Assembly (NCBI RefSeq): GCF_011745625.1
Contig: NW_027191464.1
Span: forward strand, 434,001-498,000
DNA: 64,000 nt
Reading direction: 5' to 3'
Source: Cladosporium halotolerans
Taxonomy: Eukaryota
A program made the translations under genes and the position numbers. The notes under the pieces were generated by a model. The model worked only from the letters and a program-made list of their open reading frames with translations. It did not search any database and was not told the DNA's origin. Shown here piece by piece: positions 23,213-35,808 of this stretch (its first letter is position 1; every line of letters starts with the position of its first letter).

Positions 23213-25047
23213 CTAAAGGGGGGAAGCGTTCAGTCCCATATGTCTCCTCACGCTCAAATATATCTCGTACACCCTCAGCTTGACAGCGACTTTGGCGTAA
23301 GCGGCCAGAGCGATGCCGTATCGTGCGAAATTGCTTGGCCACAGCAAGCTGCCTTTGATGTTGTCTAGGCTCTCCTCGTAGACGGCGCGCGCAGCGTACC
23401 GCGCGAGGATCATGAACGTCCGGATCGGGCCCTGGCGAGTCTGCAAGTTCTCATCCAGGCTGCGTGTGAGGTCGTTCGTCTTCAAGATGAGGAGGATGAC
23501 ACGGGGCACTTTGCCGAGCAAGTGGACGAGCTGCTCGAGGAGGCCATCGCCTAGGGCATCAGAGATCGCTTGCTTCTCGGTCGAGTTGCGCTCTTTGGCG
23601 ACGGAAGATGTGACGACGCTGTAGTCTCGGCCTGTGATGGCGGACGCGAACAGAGGGAATTCCTCGTCACCAATACCTGCAACATCGTAGGCGTACTTGC
23701 GCATCGCTTTCTCGTCCACGTCAAGGACTGCAAGCCAAAGGTGTGCGTAGGCTCGTCGCAGGTCCATGGGGATGTCACGGTAAAGACCATGGTCGTACAG
23801 GATCACGTCGAAGTTTCGTGGCTTGCGCTTGTCGGGGTTCAGGCGAATGGCGAGGTTGCCCCCATGAGGGTCGCAGTGCAAGGGCGCCCCAGTGCCAAAG
23901 ATCATCTCGTTGAAAATTCGCGAAAGGGCGGCGGAAACTTCGTCCCTGTCAATGCCGTTCGAGTCAAGGAACTCCAGGTCGTCAGGCCGGTGTCCTTTCA
24001 CACACTCCATGACGAGAATCCTCCGCTGTGCCCAGATCACATCCGGAATGACGATGGGCAGGCTCGGAATATGGGAGAAGTACTCTTTCGCGCGTTTGGC
24101 GTTCTTGCCCTCCTCCCTGAAATCGAGCTCTTTCGGTAATGAAACCTCCATCTCCTCGCTCAGCCAAGTCATGTCGTATTCAGGGAAGAATCTCTTCAAT
24201 GTCCGGAAGGAAAACCGTGTCAATGCCAGATCCAATTTCGCCCACTCATCCAGAGCCGGATGTTGCACTTTGACGGCCACGCTTTCGCCCGTTCCCTTCA
24301 GCTTCGCCATATGCACTTGCGCCAGGCTCGCAGTGCCAATTGGCCGCCGATTGAATTCCTCAAAGAAGTCGTCAAGGTTCTTGCCAGTGTCCGCCAGTAC
24401 CATTTCCTCAATGCTCGAGTATCCAGAGACAGGACATTTGTCTTGAAGCGGGATGAAAGTGTCGCACCATTCCGAAGGTAGCAGGTAGTTCAGCGAAGAC
24501 AAGTGCTGTCCGAGTTTGATAAAGATGCTGCCGTTCTTCTCCATCGCAACCAGAGTACGTTGCGCACAGCGCTTGTGACATGCCGAGAGCAAAGCCGCAT
24601 AGTTGGGATCTTCGTGTTTCTTCAACGTGTTGCGATAACTGGACCACGACTGTCAGTCTCCTTCTTTGTCCTGACGGATGATCTAATAGCGTTTGAGACC
24701 TACTCATTAACACAAAGCGCAAGCGTAACACCAACCCTCCCACTGCGCTCGCAAGCGGTATAGAAATGCCTCGCCTGCTCACTGAACGCCAGCGCTCCAG
24801 CGCCCGCGAGAAACACCACCGTAGCCGCAATCGCAACCTTCCTCCTCTCCCGAGGGTTCTTCATCTTCTCCCGCCACGCCCTCTTTCCCGCCTGCGTGTA
24901 GGCATGTTGCGACGTCGAGAACCTAAGCCTGGCTTGCTGTTGGATCTGCTGCGATTGGAAACATGATCGGCACGTCCAGGGCGCGGCGGCGTTGCGGCGG
25001 AGGAGGGAGGAGGCGGAGAATGCGCTCCGCGCTGTGAAGGTGCTCAT
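23213..25047 (-). CDS. Mitochondrial ABC1/UbiB atypical kinase (ADCK1/Mcp2-like)
   Basis: Arg/Ser-rich presequence, intron 24639-24703, and motifs FIKLGQ, ASLAQVH, VAVKVQ, ELDF..E, HCDPHGGN and DHGL. Confidence 0.92.
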
Positions 25048-25529
25048 CTCATGGTAGTCCGGAACGGGGAAGTCGGGTTTTTGTTTGGCGAGCACAAGCG
25101 CCCGGGTACTGTGAGGAAAGGACTGGCAGTTTTCGGGGCGTCGGGGGTTGAAGTGATGAGATCAGATCGCGACTTGACTTTGCTAGCCCCCATGGTGCTG
25201 CGGGCCGACGCGGAAACAGATCACTAGGTACAAGAGAGCAGCATTTACAGGAAGCGATATGCGTGGAATTCTGAAGATATCGAATGAACATGTTTGATTT
25301 TTTGATGAGAGAATCGTATGTAGTTAGCCTCTTTCGAAGAAGCCGTTTCGTCACCTAGTTTGCCGGGCAGGCGCTTTCGCTGCACGCACTCGGTCTGATC
25401 AACCAAACTCATTGCCCATTCGCCATAACGCCACGCTGATGTTGAAAATACACGTCGCTTTCCCATGTGCAGCCTTTGCCGAGTCTTGAAGCAGAGTATA
25501 AGTCCCGGAAATGCCTCCAAACCCAAGTC

Positions 25530-26177
25530 TCAGGGCGCCTGGTTGTCCTTGACGATCTTCCGCACTTGCTTCTCGTACGCTACACGATCCTTCTTGAACA
25601 GATTGTAGGCCTCGGCCTGCGCTGGCGACTCAGGGTTGACCTCGTCGAGAAGCATTTGGATGCCGAGAAGGATTTGCTTGATGGTGATGGCGGGCTTCCA
25701 GGCTTCCTCTTCATTCAGGATCGAAAGGCAGACGGTGCCGGAGGGGTAGACGTTCGGGTGGAAGAGCGGGGGTGTGAATTTGCCTGTCATGATTTGTAAG
25801 TATACATCGCTTACCAACGACTTCATAGAAACGGGGTTGCGTACACTTCGGCGGCTTGGTAGGGTACTCTGCGGCATGCGTCAGCGATTTGCATTTACCC
25901 AACCGTTCAGCTGCCATGTCTTACCGTCAGGAAACTGAACCTCAAGTTTGAGCAAAGCGCCCTCCCAGATAGTCTTGTCGCGGCCAGGGATCATACACTC
26001 CCAACGCTTCAGGTCAAGCGCGCCTTGCGAGTTCTTCATGGGCTTTGCGACAAAGCCGAACGGGTGATCTTTACGCCATGCCTTCCTGTTGAGATATGAG
26101 TATGTTGATCACTTTCTCTTCATGAGATCGTCCTCCTCTTACCTCTCCTCTTGCAATCTGCTCATGCAAAGCGACAT
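25530..26177 (-). CDS. UBC9: SUMO-conjugating enzyme E2
   Basis: Four exons (introns 26086-26142, 25869-25924, 25784-25844) give [23 protein letters not shown]...[15 protein letters not shown]. Confidence 0.96.
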
Positions 26178-26592
26178 GGCTGTGTGTGTCCAGAAGGTTT
26201 GCGACGGTGGTTCTGCTGTCGGAAGCGTCTGTTGCGGAGCTTGTGATCCTAATGCGGTCGCAGCGGTCGGTGATGCGGTTGTGTATTGTACAAGCGAAGG
26301 TGAGTGACAAAGACAGCTGTGAAGCCTTGTCGCTTGAGGATGCGCTATGCAGTTTGCGATTGTAACAACGTTACTGCTGATGCAACATGTTGAAGCCCGT
26401 GCAACATGTTGCTCAAGCGGAATCGGCTTGCCGATCGCGGCGGATCTTCCCGCGATCGATAAGATTTACCTCGGAACATCATGTGAAAGTGGGACAGGGT
26501 GGCACCTAGTCACCGCGGCGAATAGGGCCATACTCTTTACTTCGCTGTCAATATTTCGAGTGTCTAGAGCGTCCTTGCTGTAGCACATCACC

Positions 26593-27704
26593 ATGGCGGA
26601 CAAAGCTAAAGAACAGGTCGAGACAGCTCCTGACCCAGACGAGGATGACCTCGACGACCTGGACGGTACCTCATACCACGCAAGCCACCTCCAAACGCAA
26701 AAGCCAGCTTTACTGACCCCAACGCAGACGTCCTCGACCAATTCTCCGCGCAGCCCAAAGACGCCCCTAAAGCACCAGCAGCAGCAGGAAGCACATCAAC
26801 CTCCTCCGGCCCCAGCAAACCGCCTCAAGATGCCTCGCAACCCTCCGGCCTCCCGAAAGACGACGAGCTCTCCGCCCAGCTCCAAGCCGGCATGCAGAGC
26901 CTCATGGGCGAGCTGGACTCCAACCCGGAGATGCAGAAGGAGTTCGAGCGCATGATGCAGGAGCTCGTGCAAGCCGGGCAAGCGCCCAGCGACGCCGCGG
27001 CCGCCGAGCACATCGGCAAAGCGACCGAAGCGATCCAGCAGACTCCTCCTCCGCCTCCGCACACTACGCCTGCTGCTGAGAGCTCTGGCGCGAGCTCGAG
27101 TAGCAAGAAGGCTGGCGCGGGCCAGCAGGAGAGCTTCCAGGATACGATCCGGAAGACGATGGAGCGCATGCAGGCGTCGGGTGCGTCGGCGGATGCGGCG
27201 GCGGCGGAGGGCGCGCCGTCTTCGGAAGAAGATATGATTGCGCAGATGATGAAGGAGCTGCAGGCTGGTGGTGGGATGGGCGGCGGGGGAGAGGAGGATT
27301 TCAACAAGATGCTCATGGGGATGATGGCGCAGCTGACGAACAAGGAGATTCTGTACGAGCCGATGAAGGAGCTGCACGACAAGTTTCCTGCTTGGATGGA
27401 GAAGAACAAGGCGAGTACGGGCAAGGAGGATCTGGCGAGGTATGAGGAGCAGCAAAGTCTGGTGAAGGAGATTGTTGGTAGGTTTGAGAGGAAGGGTTAC
27501 TCGGATGATAATGATGATGACCGCGAGTATATCGTTGAGAGGATGCAGAAGGTGAGTCTTTTCCCATCGGCTTGTGCAAAGTCGACAGTTGCTGACATCC
27601 TCAAGATGCAAGCCGCAGGCTCGCCACCGCCGGACCTTGTTGGCGACATGAGCGCTGCGCAAGAAGCTCTGGGCGAGCTCGAGGGTGGATGTCCCACACA
27701 GTGA
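26593..27704 (+). CDS. PEX19: Peroxisomal biogenesis factor 19
   Basis: N-terminal DEDDLDDLDDVLDQF after intron 26666-26727, LTNKEILYEPMKEL, second intron 27552-27605, MQAAGSPP and C-terminal CaaX box CPTQ. Confidence 0.95.
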
Positions 27705-27924
27705 AGAAAGCGTGGTGACGTTTGGTTAACGAATCTGAACGGCGGACGGAAGTGATCTTTTTACATTCTGTAGCCCATGATACCCCGGCAAAATGAAGTA
27801 CCGCGTTGGAACGCGCCGTTTGAAAAACAAGAATCCTCGGTGTCGCTCGTGCTGTGAGCTGGTTGTCCCTTTCCCCAACGCCTCGCTAAAAGTCCATCAA
27901 AAGAATCGAGCCGCCATCTCACTA

Positions 27925-28838
27925 TTATGACATGTCCATGGCATCGCCACTCCCTTCAGGCACCTGAGCCTGATCGAACCCACCGACCGTCTCATGCGCG
28001 TCCGCGTTGATGAAGTCCGAGAAAAGCGCATCGTAGTCGTCGGCGTCGCTGCCAAAGTGTTCCGACATCTGCTCTTCACCCTGCTGCTCCTCATTCGAAC
28101 CGAAACTCGGCTGCTGTCCCTGCGCCTGCTCTTGCGCCCCCTGCAACTCCTCCCCAGGAAGCAAACTCAATAACGCATCCAACTCCTCCCTCTCCCTCTC
28201 CGCAACCTCGTCCGCCTCCTCCTGCGTCGCCTGCCAACCCCACTGCTGCTGCTGCTGCGACCCCGGCGCCGAAAACTGCATCGCATCGTCGCCGCCAGCA
28301 CTCGATTCCGGAATCCCAAACACATCCCCCACCTCCTCCTCTTCCTCAAGCCCCTCCTCCTCGCGAACGAAAGGCGCCGCCCGCGCCAGCTCCGCCTCCC
28401 AAGCCCGCTGCCTCTGCACGAAGTCCAGCCGCATCATCTGTGTCAAATCCAATCAGCAACTCCACCTCTGAGGCAAGAGAGAAAGCCATAAAAAAAAAAG
28501 ATACTCACATCCTCCCCCCTCCTCCCCCACCGGCTCTCCTCCCGCCCCTCCCGTACTTTCCGCAGGAACATCCCGCGCCGCCGCTCTTTCAGCGCGTCTT
28601 GGCTCACGGCCGGGGCGCGCTTGATCGCGCGCTGCGAGTAGGGAACCTGTGATTGTTGGGGCTGCGGGTTGGCGGACATCGAGAAGACGGGTTGCGGCGG
28701 GCGCTGGGGCGGAGGGCCATGGGTTTGGGCGTTGCTGCTGCTGCTGCTGCGCCGCGGGGAGAGTGGCGAGGGGATTTTGGGCAGGAAGGAGAGCTCGTGG
28801 GTGTGCGGGTGGTGGCGGTGTTGGGGCGTGGCGAGCAT
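27925..28838 (-). CDS. Uncharacterised fungal protein (basic RR.MFL.KVR motif, acidic C-terminus)
   Basis: Intron 28438-28508 (GTGAGT...CAG) joins ...KERRRGMFLRKVREGREESRWGRRGED to MMRLDF...DADDYDALF. Confidence 0.75.
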
Positions 28839-29331
28839 GGTTGCTCGGCTTTTTTTTTTGGCGTGCGCGAGGATAGGTTGCGCGATGAGATGGGTGGTGG
28901 GAGGGTTTTCTTGAGGGCGGCGCGGGTGGGATTTGGGGCGCTTCTGGGAGGACGCGTCGGGCGCGGGCGGGGATGGACGTCACGCGTTTTGCGGAGGGGC
29001 TGGCTGGCTTGCAGGCGACTGCGAGGCGGCGGGCGAGGCATTTGGCTTCCTAGAGCTTGAGCACATCGCATTTTTCGCGGCCGCGTTATTATTAACAGTA
29101 GTGATTTTGCGTACCTTTTGAATTTGGCCATACTGAAGACGGGACAACCGGGTCATAACGACAGGTATTAGTACAGATGGTACATACATGACTGCAACCC
29201 CGTCGCAAAAAGACAGATAATCCCCTCTCCCACTCCCAAGCGCCTCGCTAAACAGATTCAAATCATAACGATGTCCCCAAAAAAATGACAATGCCCTCTC
29301 AACCCGTCCGCCAACATAGATCCTCCCCTCT

Positions 29332-31939
29332 TCAAGCCAAAATCCACGCCAACAGCCCTCCACTCCCCACCGCATCGACGAGCAACGTAACACCCGCAAC
29401 CCCCCAAGCCACCGCCCCGACACCCCTCTCCCGCCAGAGCGCCGCGAGGCCTACGACCGCGAAGATCAACGAGCTGACGATCGCGAACACCACCCCCGCG
29501 TCCACCGTTGTCGCCAGCTTGTGCCGGCCCGTCGCGGCGAGCAGGTACGCGACCACGAGGATCACGAGCGACGCGACGAGCGAGACGGCCGCGAACTGCG
29601 GGAGCTGCAAGTGCTGGAGTTCGCGCTGGCTGTGGGCCAGGCTGCGCGGGCGCGGCGTCGCGCTGAGGGAAGGGATGGCGCCGTAGGATTTGGGCCGGCG
29701 CGCGGTGAGCTGCGATTCTTCGTCTTCGGAGGAGGACTCGTCGTCGCGCGGCGTGGGGGGCGTGGGAGGGAGGCCTTCGGGTTCGGGGTCCCGGGGCTTG
29801 CGCGAGAAGAGCCGGCCGAGCTTCTCGAAGAAGAGCTCGAAGGAGGACTTCTCGTTCGGGTCGATGTAGATCACGTAGGCGTCGCCGCCGGCGTCGGAGC
29901 CGTCTTCCGGGTGGTCGTATTCGCTCCAATACCGGGCTTGCTGTTGGGCGGGGGCGGCTTCGGGGTACTCGCGGCGGCGTTTCTTGCGGAAGGCGCGCAG
30001 GGGAGGCGCGGTGCTTTCGCTGTCGCCGTAGCCCATGCTGGGGTGTCGGGAGGTTTCGACTGCGGTCGTCGCGCCGTCGGTGGTGCCCAGGACGGAAGAG
30101 CCGTTGGATCCCGTGGTCATGGCTACTGGTGATACGGCGGCATCGGGAGTGCCGCGGCTGGTTGTGCGTTTAAGGGTTGCTGGTGGAAGTTTGCGGATGT
30201 CTTTGGTCAGGGTGGTGACCCAGAAAGGAGCAGCGACAGTGCTTGGTTTGAAGAGGTGCCACACAGCGTGATACTCCATGGAGAAGCCGCGGACGCGCTC
30301 GACCAAGTGACTGCCGTCCAGTGTGGTAAGCAAGCTCGAGTCAGCTGTGCCTTCGTGTCGCACTTGGAGCAGCGCGAATGGGAAGCCAGTCTTGCTTTCA
30401 GGTTTGTTTGCCGCTTCGAATGATACCGCGTTGTCAAGCGATGCTAGCAAAATGCCGTTGTCCGAATTGCTAAGACCAACGAATCGCGATCGGTTGGATG
30501 ACATGGAAAACAGTGGCGCTACGTCCTCGTTGCTAGTGAGGACATCACGAACATCGCTCAATTCGGTTGCCGTGCCCTGCGCCGATTCTCTCCGGGGCAG
30601 AAAGGGTGCGCTCTTATCGAAAAACGCACCGACGTGCTTTTGCTTTAATCGGTAGGTGCTGAGTTTCGAAGGCCCTGTCCGGGCGACAGCGGTTGCATCT
30701 TCTCCAACATTCCACCGCGCACAAAGCTTCGTCTGCTGAAGCGCTGATCCCGCACCGTGCTCGCGCTCATCCACCGTAACCGCACTCTGCTCTTGAATGA
30801 AGTGATCAGGGTTGTCCGCGGCAGTCAGGAAGTGGTTGCTTGGCTGCTCTGGCGAATCTCTGGATCTCAATGTTCGTGGGGTTGGAGGAGAAGAGATCTC
30901 TGTCGGAGTCGATGCACTCCTTGAAAGAAACCTGACATGTTGCAATAGAAGCACCTGGAGCTCGACAACATTTTCAGGATGAACAAAGTAGCTAGCGAGC
31001 GTGCCGCGGCTCTCCAATGGAGCCGTGGCGAAGGTGGTGTCGAAGTCTGTTCGTGAGCCACTGGCTATGCTCGTCTGAAGTTTGGCAATCGAAGCTGACC
31101 GCGCAATGGATGCAACGGGCTGCGCGTTGGACTTGTTGGTGGTAGCTTGCTGTAACCTAGTCTCATAGAGCGCGCGAATGTCGTGCAAGGTTGAAGAGTA
31201 GTCGTCCAGCATAGGGCCGAGGTCGTACTGAGTAAAGCTCTTGGGATCGTCCAACACCTCCCGGCGCACGCGCTCCTCCAAATGTGTCGACCCGGTCCAT
31301 TTCTTATATTTCTTCAGCAGCTTGCGGAATGCTGTGCGCTGCGCGCCGACGAATCGTGACAATGACTTGATCTCCTCGCCTGCCTTGAGCACGTCGTTCT
31401 CCAGTTTGCCATATCGCTCTAGTCTGCTGATCGGGATTCGCTGGTCGGCGGTCGGCTTGCGCTTCGCAAGATGTCGCAAGCGTTTCCTAGCATCCTCTGT
31501 GTAAAGTTAGCAATTGGTTGGATAAGATGCGAGGGCTGCTTCCCTCACCTAATCTGTGCTGGATCTCTCGCGCCTTGCTCTTTACAAACAAGTCAATGCG
31601 CAGATGCTGCTCCTCGAAGATGAGGTAGAGGTCATTCTCAAAGGCCTGAGCCTGCTCGTCGCTGCGACCGGGCACGGCGACCGTCTTGCCTTTGCCCGGT
31701 GTGGTGCGCTCTTTGATAAAGTTTTTGATGTCGTCGTAGTCAATGTTGTCTGCGTGCCAGGATTAGTGGGTCGTGGATCATTGCAGGGCGTGATCGGCCG
31801 CCGCTGGTATGTAGCACAGCCAATGATTGCATCACCGCGCAGGCGGGTGCGTGGCTGGAGGATGCGAAATGCAGGTGTGAGACTCACATGCGCTCCAGGC
31901 CGGTATGGACCGCTGTCGGAGCGTTTGTCCGTACTTCAT
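29332..31939 (-). CDS. SPX-domain protein with divergent VTC-like domain and C-terminal TM helices
   Basis: Introns 31750-31887 and 31497-31548 give MKYGQTL...W..YNIDYDDIK and AFRKLLKKYKK (SPX). ASLD...FPFALLQVR...LVERVRGFS is VTC-like. Three hydrophobic helices at the C-terminus. Confidence 0.85.
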
Positions 31940-34390
31940 GGCGTCAGGATGATGGAGCCGGCGCTGGGGGGCGACAGCCGAGTGCGTGCGGCGACGAGAG
32001 GCGCTCGAGACCGGTAGCGGGCAGCGGCTACGTTAAGTAGGGCAGAGGAAGGCAAGCAGCGGCGAACATGAGCGGAAGAGGCAGGGTGAGGTGCAGCTAT
32101 GTGGGTTTGGGAATGTCACTGGAAAGGCGAGGGAAGATGACCGCCGGCAGCGTGGGATAGACTCGCGACTCAATGGCTGGGCTGTGTGCTGATAGCGGGC
32201 TAAGGGCAGGTACCGTATCGCACCTTTGACTCGGGGCGACCAGCATGGCGCCGCTACGTCAGGTCGCCATTGGGCCGTGCAGCCGGGGCGCGGACGTTGG
32301 CCTAGGCTGGTTGCGGTACTCGAGCACACGACACTGGCAGCCTGAGAGCGCTGCTGTCTCACGCTCTCCTCTGGCTCGGGGCAGACACAGTGGCGCATCG
32401 CGATCTGAGAATCGCCGCCGCTCGAGCGCTCGCGCTGCTGTGAAGCCCGGATTGCTGCGGGTGCGACAGTCGTGCGCTGGCCGAGCCAATCGACGCTTGT
32501 CAGATCACCGCGCGATGTCTCGCCGGCTAAACAGAATACAACATCGAAGCTCGATCGCAGGCGCTGTTTGCACAGGCCAGGCGTGACTCGGATCGCATCG
32601 CATTCGGCCTCCAGTGCACGAGACGTGCCATCCTCGCCTCCCACGGCCGCGATGGCCATATCGTGTAGGATACCCACTACGCGGTGCCTCCATGCCTCCA
32701 CAGGCTAGCGGCGGTCCCTGGACTACACCTGGCCAGGGTGCGTGTGGACTGTGGAGGGATCGCGACTCGCATTCTGGCGAGGTTCGCGGATGGGATTCGC
32801 AGCAATGCGCTAACCAGCGGCATGCTCAGTCGATGCATGCAGATCGCTTGTCTGCGAACTTCACGACAGCAGTAGCCGCCTGCCTGGGCCAAGCACCGCT
32901 GGTCCCCCAGCGTCGGGCGCGAATCTCATCAAACTCTCGTCCCCTCGCAGGATTCTGACTTTTGCACAAAGCTACGGTAGAGGCCGACAAGTGTGACAGG
33001 CTCCCAATAGCAACACCTGCCCGTCGGCGCCGAGCAATTGTCCGCTCAATTGAGTTGAGCTCCCCCTCGCATTGCCTTGCTCCACCCACGCGCACGTTTC
33101 GGCCGGCGCGCGCGACGGGGAAGCGCTCACGCTCCCGTTCTAGAACCCTGCGCTCTGCGCTCTGCGCTCCCACACAGCGTCGCCGCCCACTGCTGCCCAC
33201 TTCCCACCTCTGCCCGCAGCAGTAGCGCGCCCACGTGCTCGCTTCGAGAGGCTCACAACCCTCGACGCCGCCCTCAATCTGCACCTCCACCGGCGCCCTG
33301 CAGCACCGCCGCCTTCGCCTTGCTGGACAGTTTTCTTTCTGCGCGCACGCGAACGGCACATCCCAGCTGCCGACCCTTTCATCGGTTCCCGGCTCTGCTC
33401 GCCATAGGGCCTCAACTACCTGATGGGCCCTGGGCTCTGGCGGAGAACGGCATGAGTGCTGCTTTCGCCGCCGGCTCTTGCGCTTGCATGTGAAGAGGGC
33501 CGACACGACTCGACACCGCTCGTGCCCCCCGCAGCGCCCGCCCACATGGCCCGTCCGACGATTGTTGTACAGGCCGGCGATACATACATAGGGCCACGCC
33601 CGATTGCCGATGAGGTGCGTTTTTCCGAGGCGCCGGGCGATTGCCTATCGCGGCAGGAGGTCGCGTGCGCTTCTTTCGCTCGCGGTGGTCGAAAAGTCTT
33701 GCCTTGGCAGGCGAGATCTACAAAGTCGAATGATATGCTATATGTGCTACACGCAGACAGGGACGGATTGCGCAACAGCGTTCGACAGCTGTAGGTACCT
33801 CACCTGCAGCCTGCAAGCACTGCAGCGCTCTGCTGTGGCTCGTGGCTGCTTAGTCGCGGCGGCGGGAGGGCTGGCCGACGTGTGTGTAGGTAGGTATCAC
33901 TGTACTCGAGATCTGCGCGCGCTGCAACTTCGAGTCTGACAGACGCCGCTTATCGCTTACATTACGCAAATGTCTAGGCATCACGATGCTACTGCTGCCC
34001 TGTTTTGCCGAGCTCCGTGGCGTTGCGTTGCGAGTGGGACGCTGGTTTATAGAGCATGCAGCGTGACGACTGGCTTGTGAGGTTAGACCCGATCTGAGCG
34101 CTTTGACGTGGGATATCAAAGCCCGATCTGCCGCTCCTCGTATGCTGTGGAAGAATTGATCGGAGTGCACATTATTGCTCTCATGCATTCGGCCGCTCTC
34201 TGTCGAACTTCCGTTTTGTTGCCTCGTTCATCCATGAGATTCTCGAGGTTCACCGCGTCTCATCGATCGCCGTAACAATGGCGCAGTAGCTGCTCAATAC
34301 ATATCTACATCGCCGTACGGCCCGGCCTCATCGACTCATGGCTCGCGACAAGCTACAAGCGACCTGCAAAACCATCACACAAACGCCTCT

Positions 34391-35189
34391 TCACCTCCCG
34401 CCGTTGCCGTTCTGCGCCATCGTCATCGCCTGCCGCTTGCTGAAAGGGCTCAGACTCCGCTCTCGCGGCGGTTCGGGCGCGCGACTGGGCTCCTGCCTCG
34501 CTGCGGCTAGCTGCTCGACACCGTTCGACCGCCGGTGGGGACTCCTCGACCGCGACCGCCGCGGCTCGCGCCTTCGCGGGCTTTCTGGCGAGCGCGAACG
34601 GCGCGAGAGTTTGCCGTGCGGACTGGGGGATCGTCGGGCGTGGGCCCTGGAGATTCGGTCGTCGTAGTCGTCGTCGCGTCTCCTGCTGCCGTGTTTCGTG
34701 GCAGACTGGTGTCGGTCTCTAGAGCGTGAGCGCGATCGTCGGGGTTTGCGGCTGTCTGCTTTGCTGCGGGTTGGATGGCGCGGTGGCGGTGAGCGCGAAG
34801 GCGATCGGTTTGTTGAGATCGAAGAGACGGAGTCTGATCTTGAGTGCGAGGATACGGATGGTGATCGCTGGCGGCTGCGAGAGGCGACGCTTGATTTTAT
34901 GATGTCGGCGGCGGATGTCCTGTGGTTGCGGTCAATGATCAAGACTCGCATGTGCGTTTCAGTAAGGGCATGATGCTTACTTGGGCGTCTCATCTTTGGG
35001 AGCGGTGTTAGTGATTTTTGGTGCTAGTTTTGGGTTCAAGAGTTGCTGTGTTCGTGATGGACGGGAAATGTAGGGCCTGTCTTGCTGTGATGCTGTGCAC
35101 TCGTAGCTAAAGTGACCGCGCTTGAGGCATTTCTGACAAAGTGTCGATGCTGAGGCTTTTGAGGGGCCTCCGGCGCGATATCGATTCAT
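34391..35189 (-). CDS. Zinc-knuckle (CCHC) protein with RS-rich tail (ZCCHC10/SREK1IP1-like)
   Basis: CQKCLKRGHFSYEC...RPYISRPSRTQQL, intron 34920-34980 and Arg/Ser repeats. Confidence 0.87.
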
Positions 35190-35808
35190 GTCTGTTGAGG
35201 AGTAATTTGTGTTTCGCTTCCAAAACCTCAACTTGATATTCCTCAAAGATGTTTTCAAGGTATGTCCTGGTCAACCTTCATCAAGCTTTGGAAGAGTGAA
35301 TGAATAGCGGGGACGGCAACTAGCGCACGGCACGGGCCTGCCTCCCGCTTCCCGCCCACGAGCCGGAGGCCGTGGTTCTTCGCGCAACTTTTGAACCTCA
35401 AACGACATCACCGCCCTCAAGTCGTAGCAGTGGACGCAATACCCACCGCGACTACTGGACCGCATCACCCACAGTCGCTCGAGCGAGGCGACAGCTGTGG
35501 CCTATCCCACACATAGGCACGCTGCCGCACACCGTACACCCCCGTCGATTCATTGGACATCGCCGACACCCTCAAATGTGCCTTCTACGCCATGAACGAA
35601 CTTTTGGCTCTGGAGTTGACGATTTTCCTTGAGCCGCCGGTTTCCTGAGGTCTTTTCGGTTTTCCCTGACAGATATACACTCCTTCACCGAAGAACAGGG
35701 CAGCATTGCAATCGCGCCCAACCCAGGAAGCTGCGGCTCTCGGTTCCGTCACTCTTACTAGGACTGGAGCTAGACGCCTCACTTGCACCCTACACCGCAC
35801 TCGGCATC

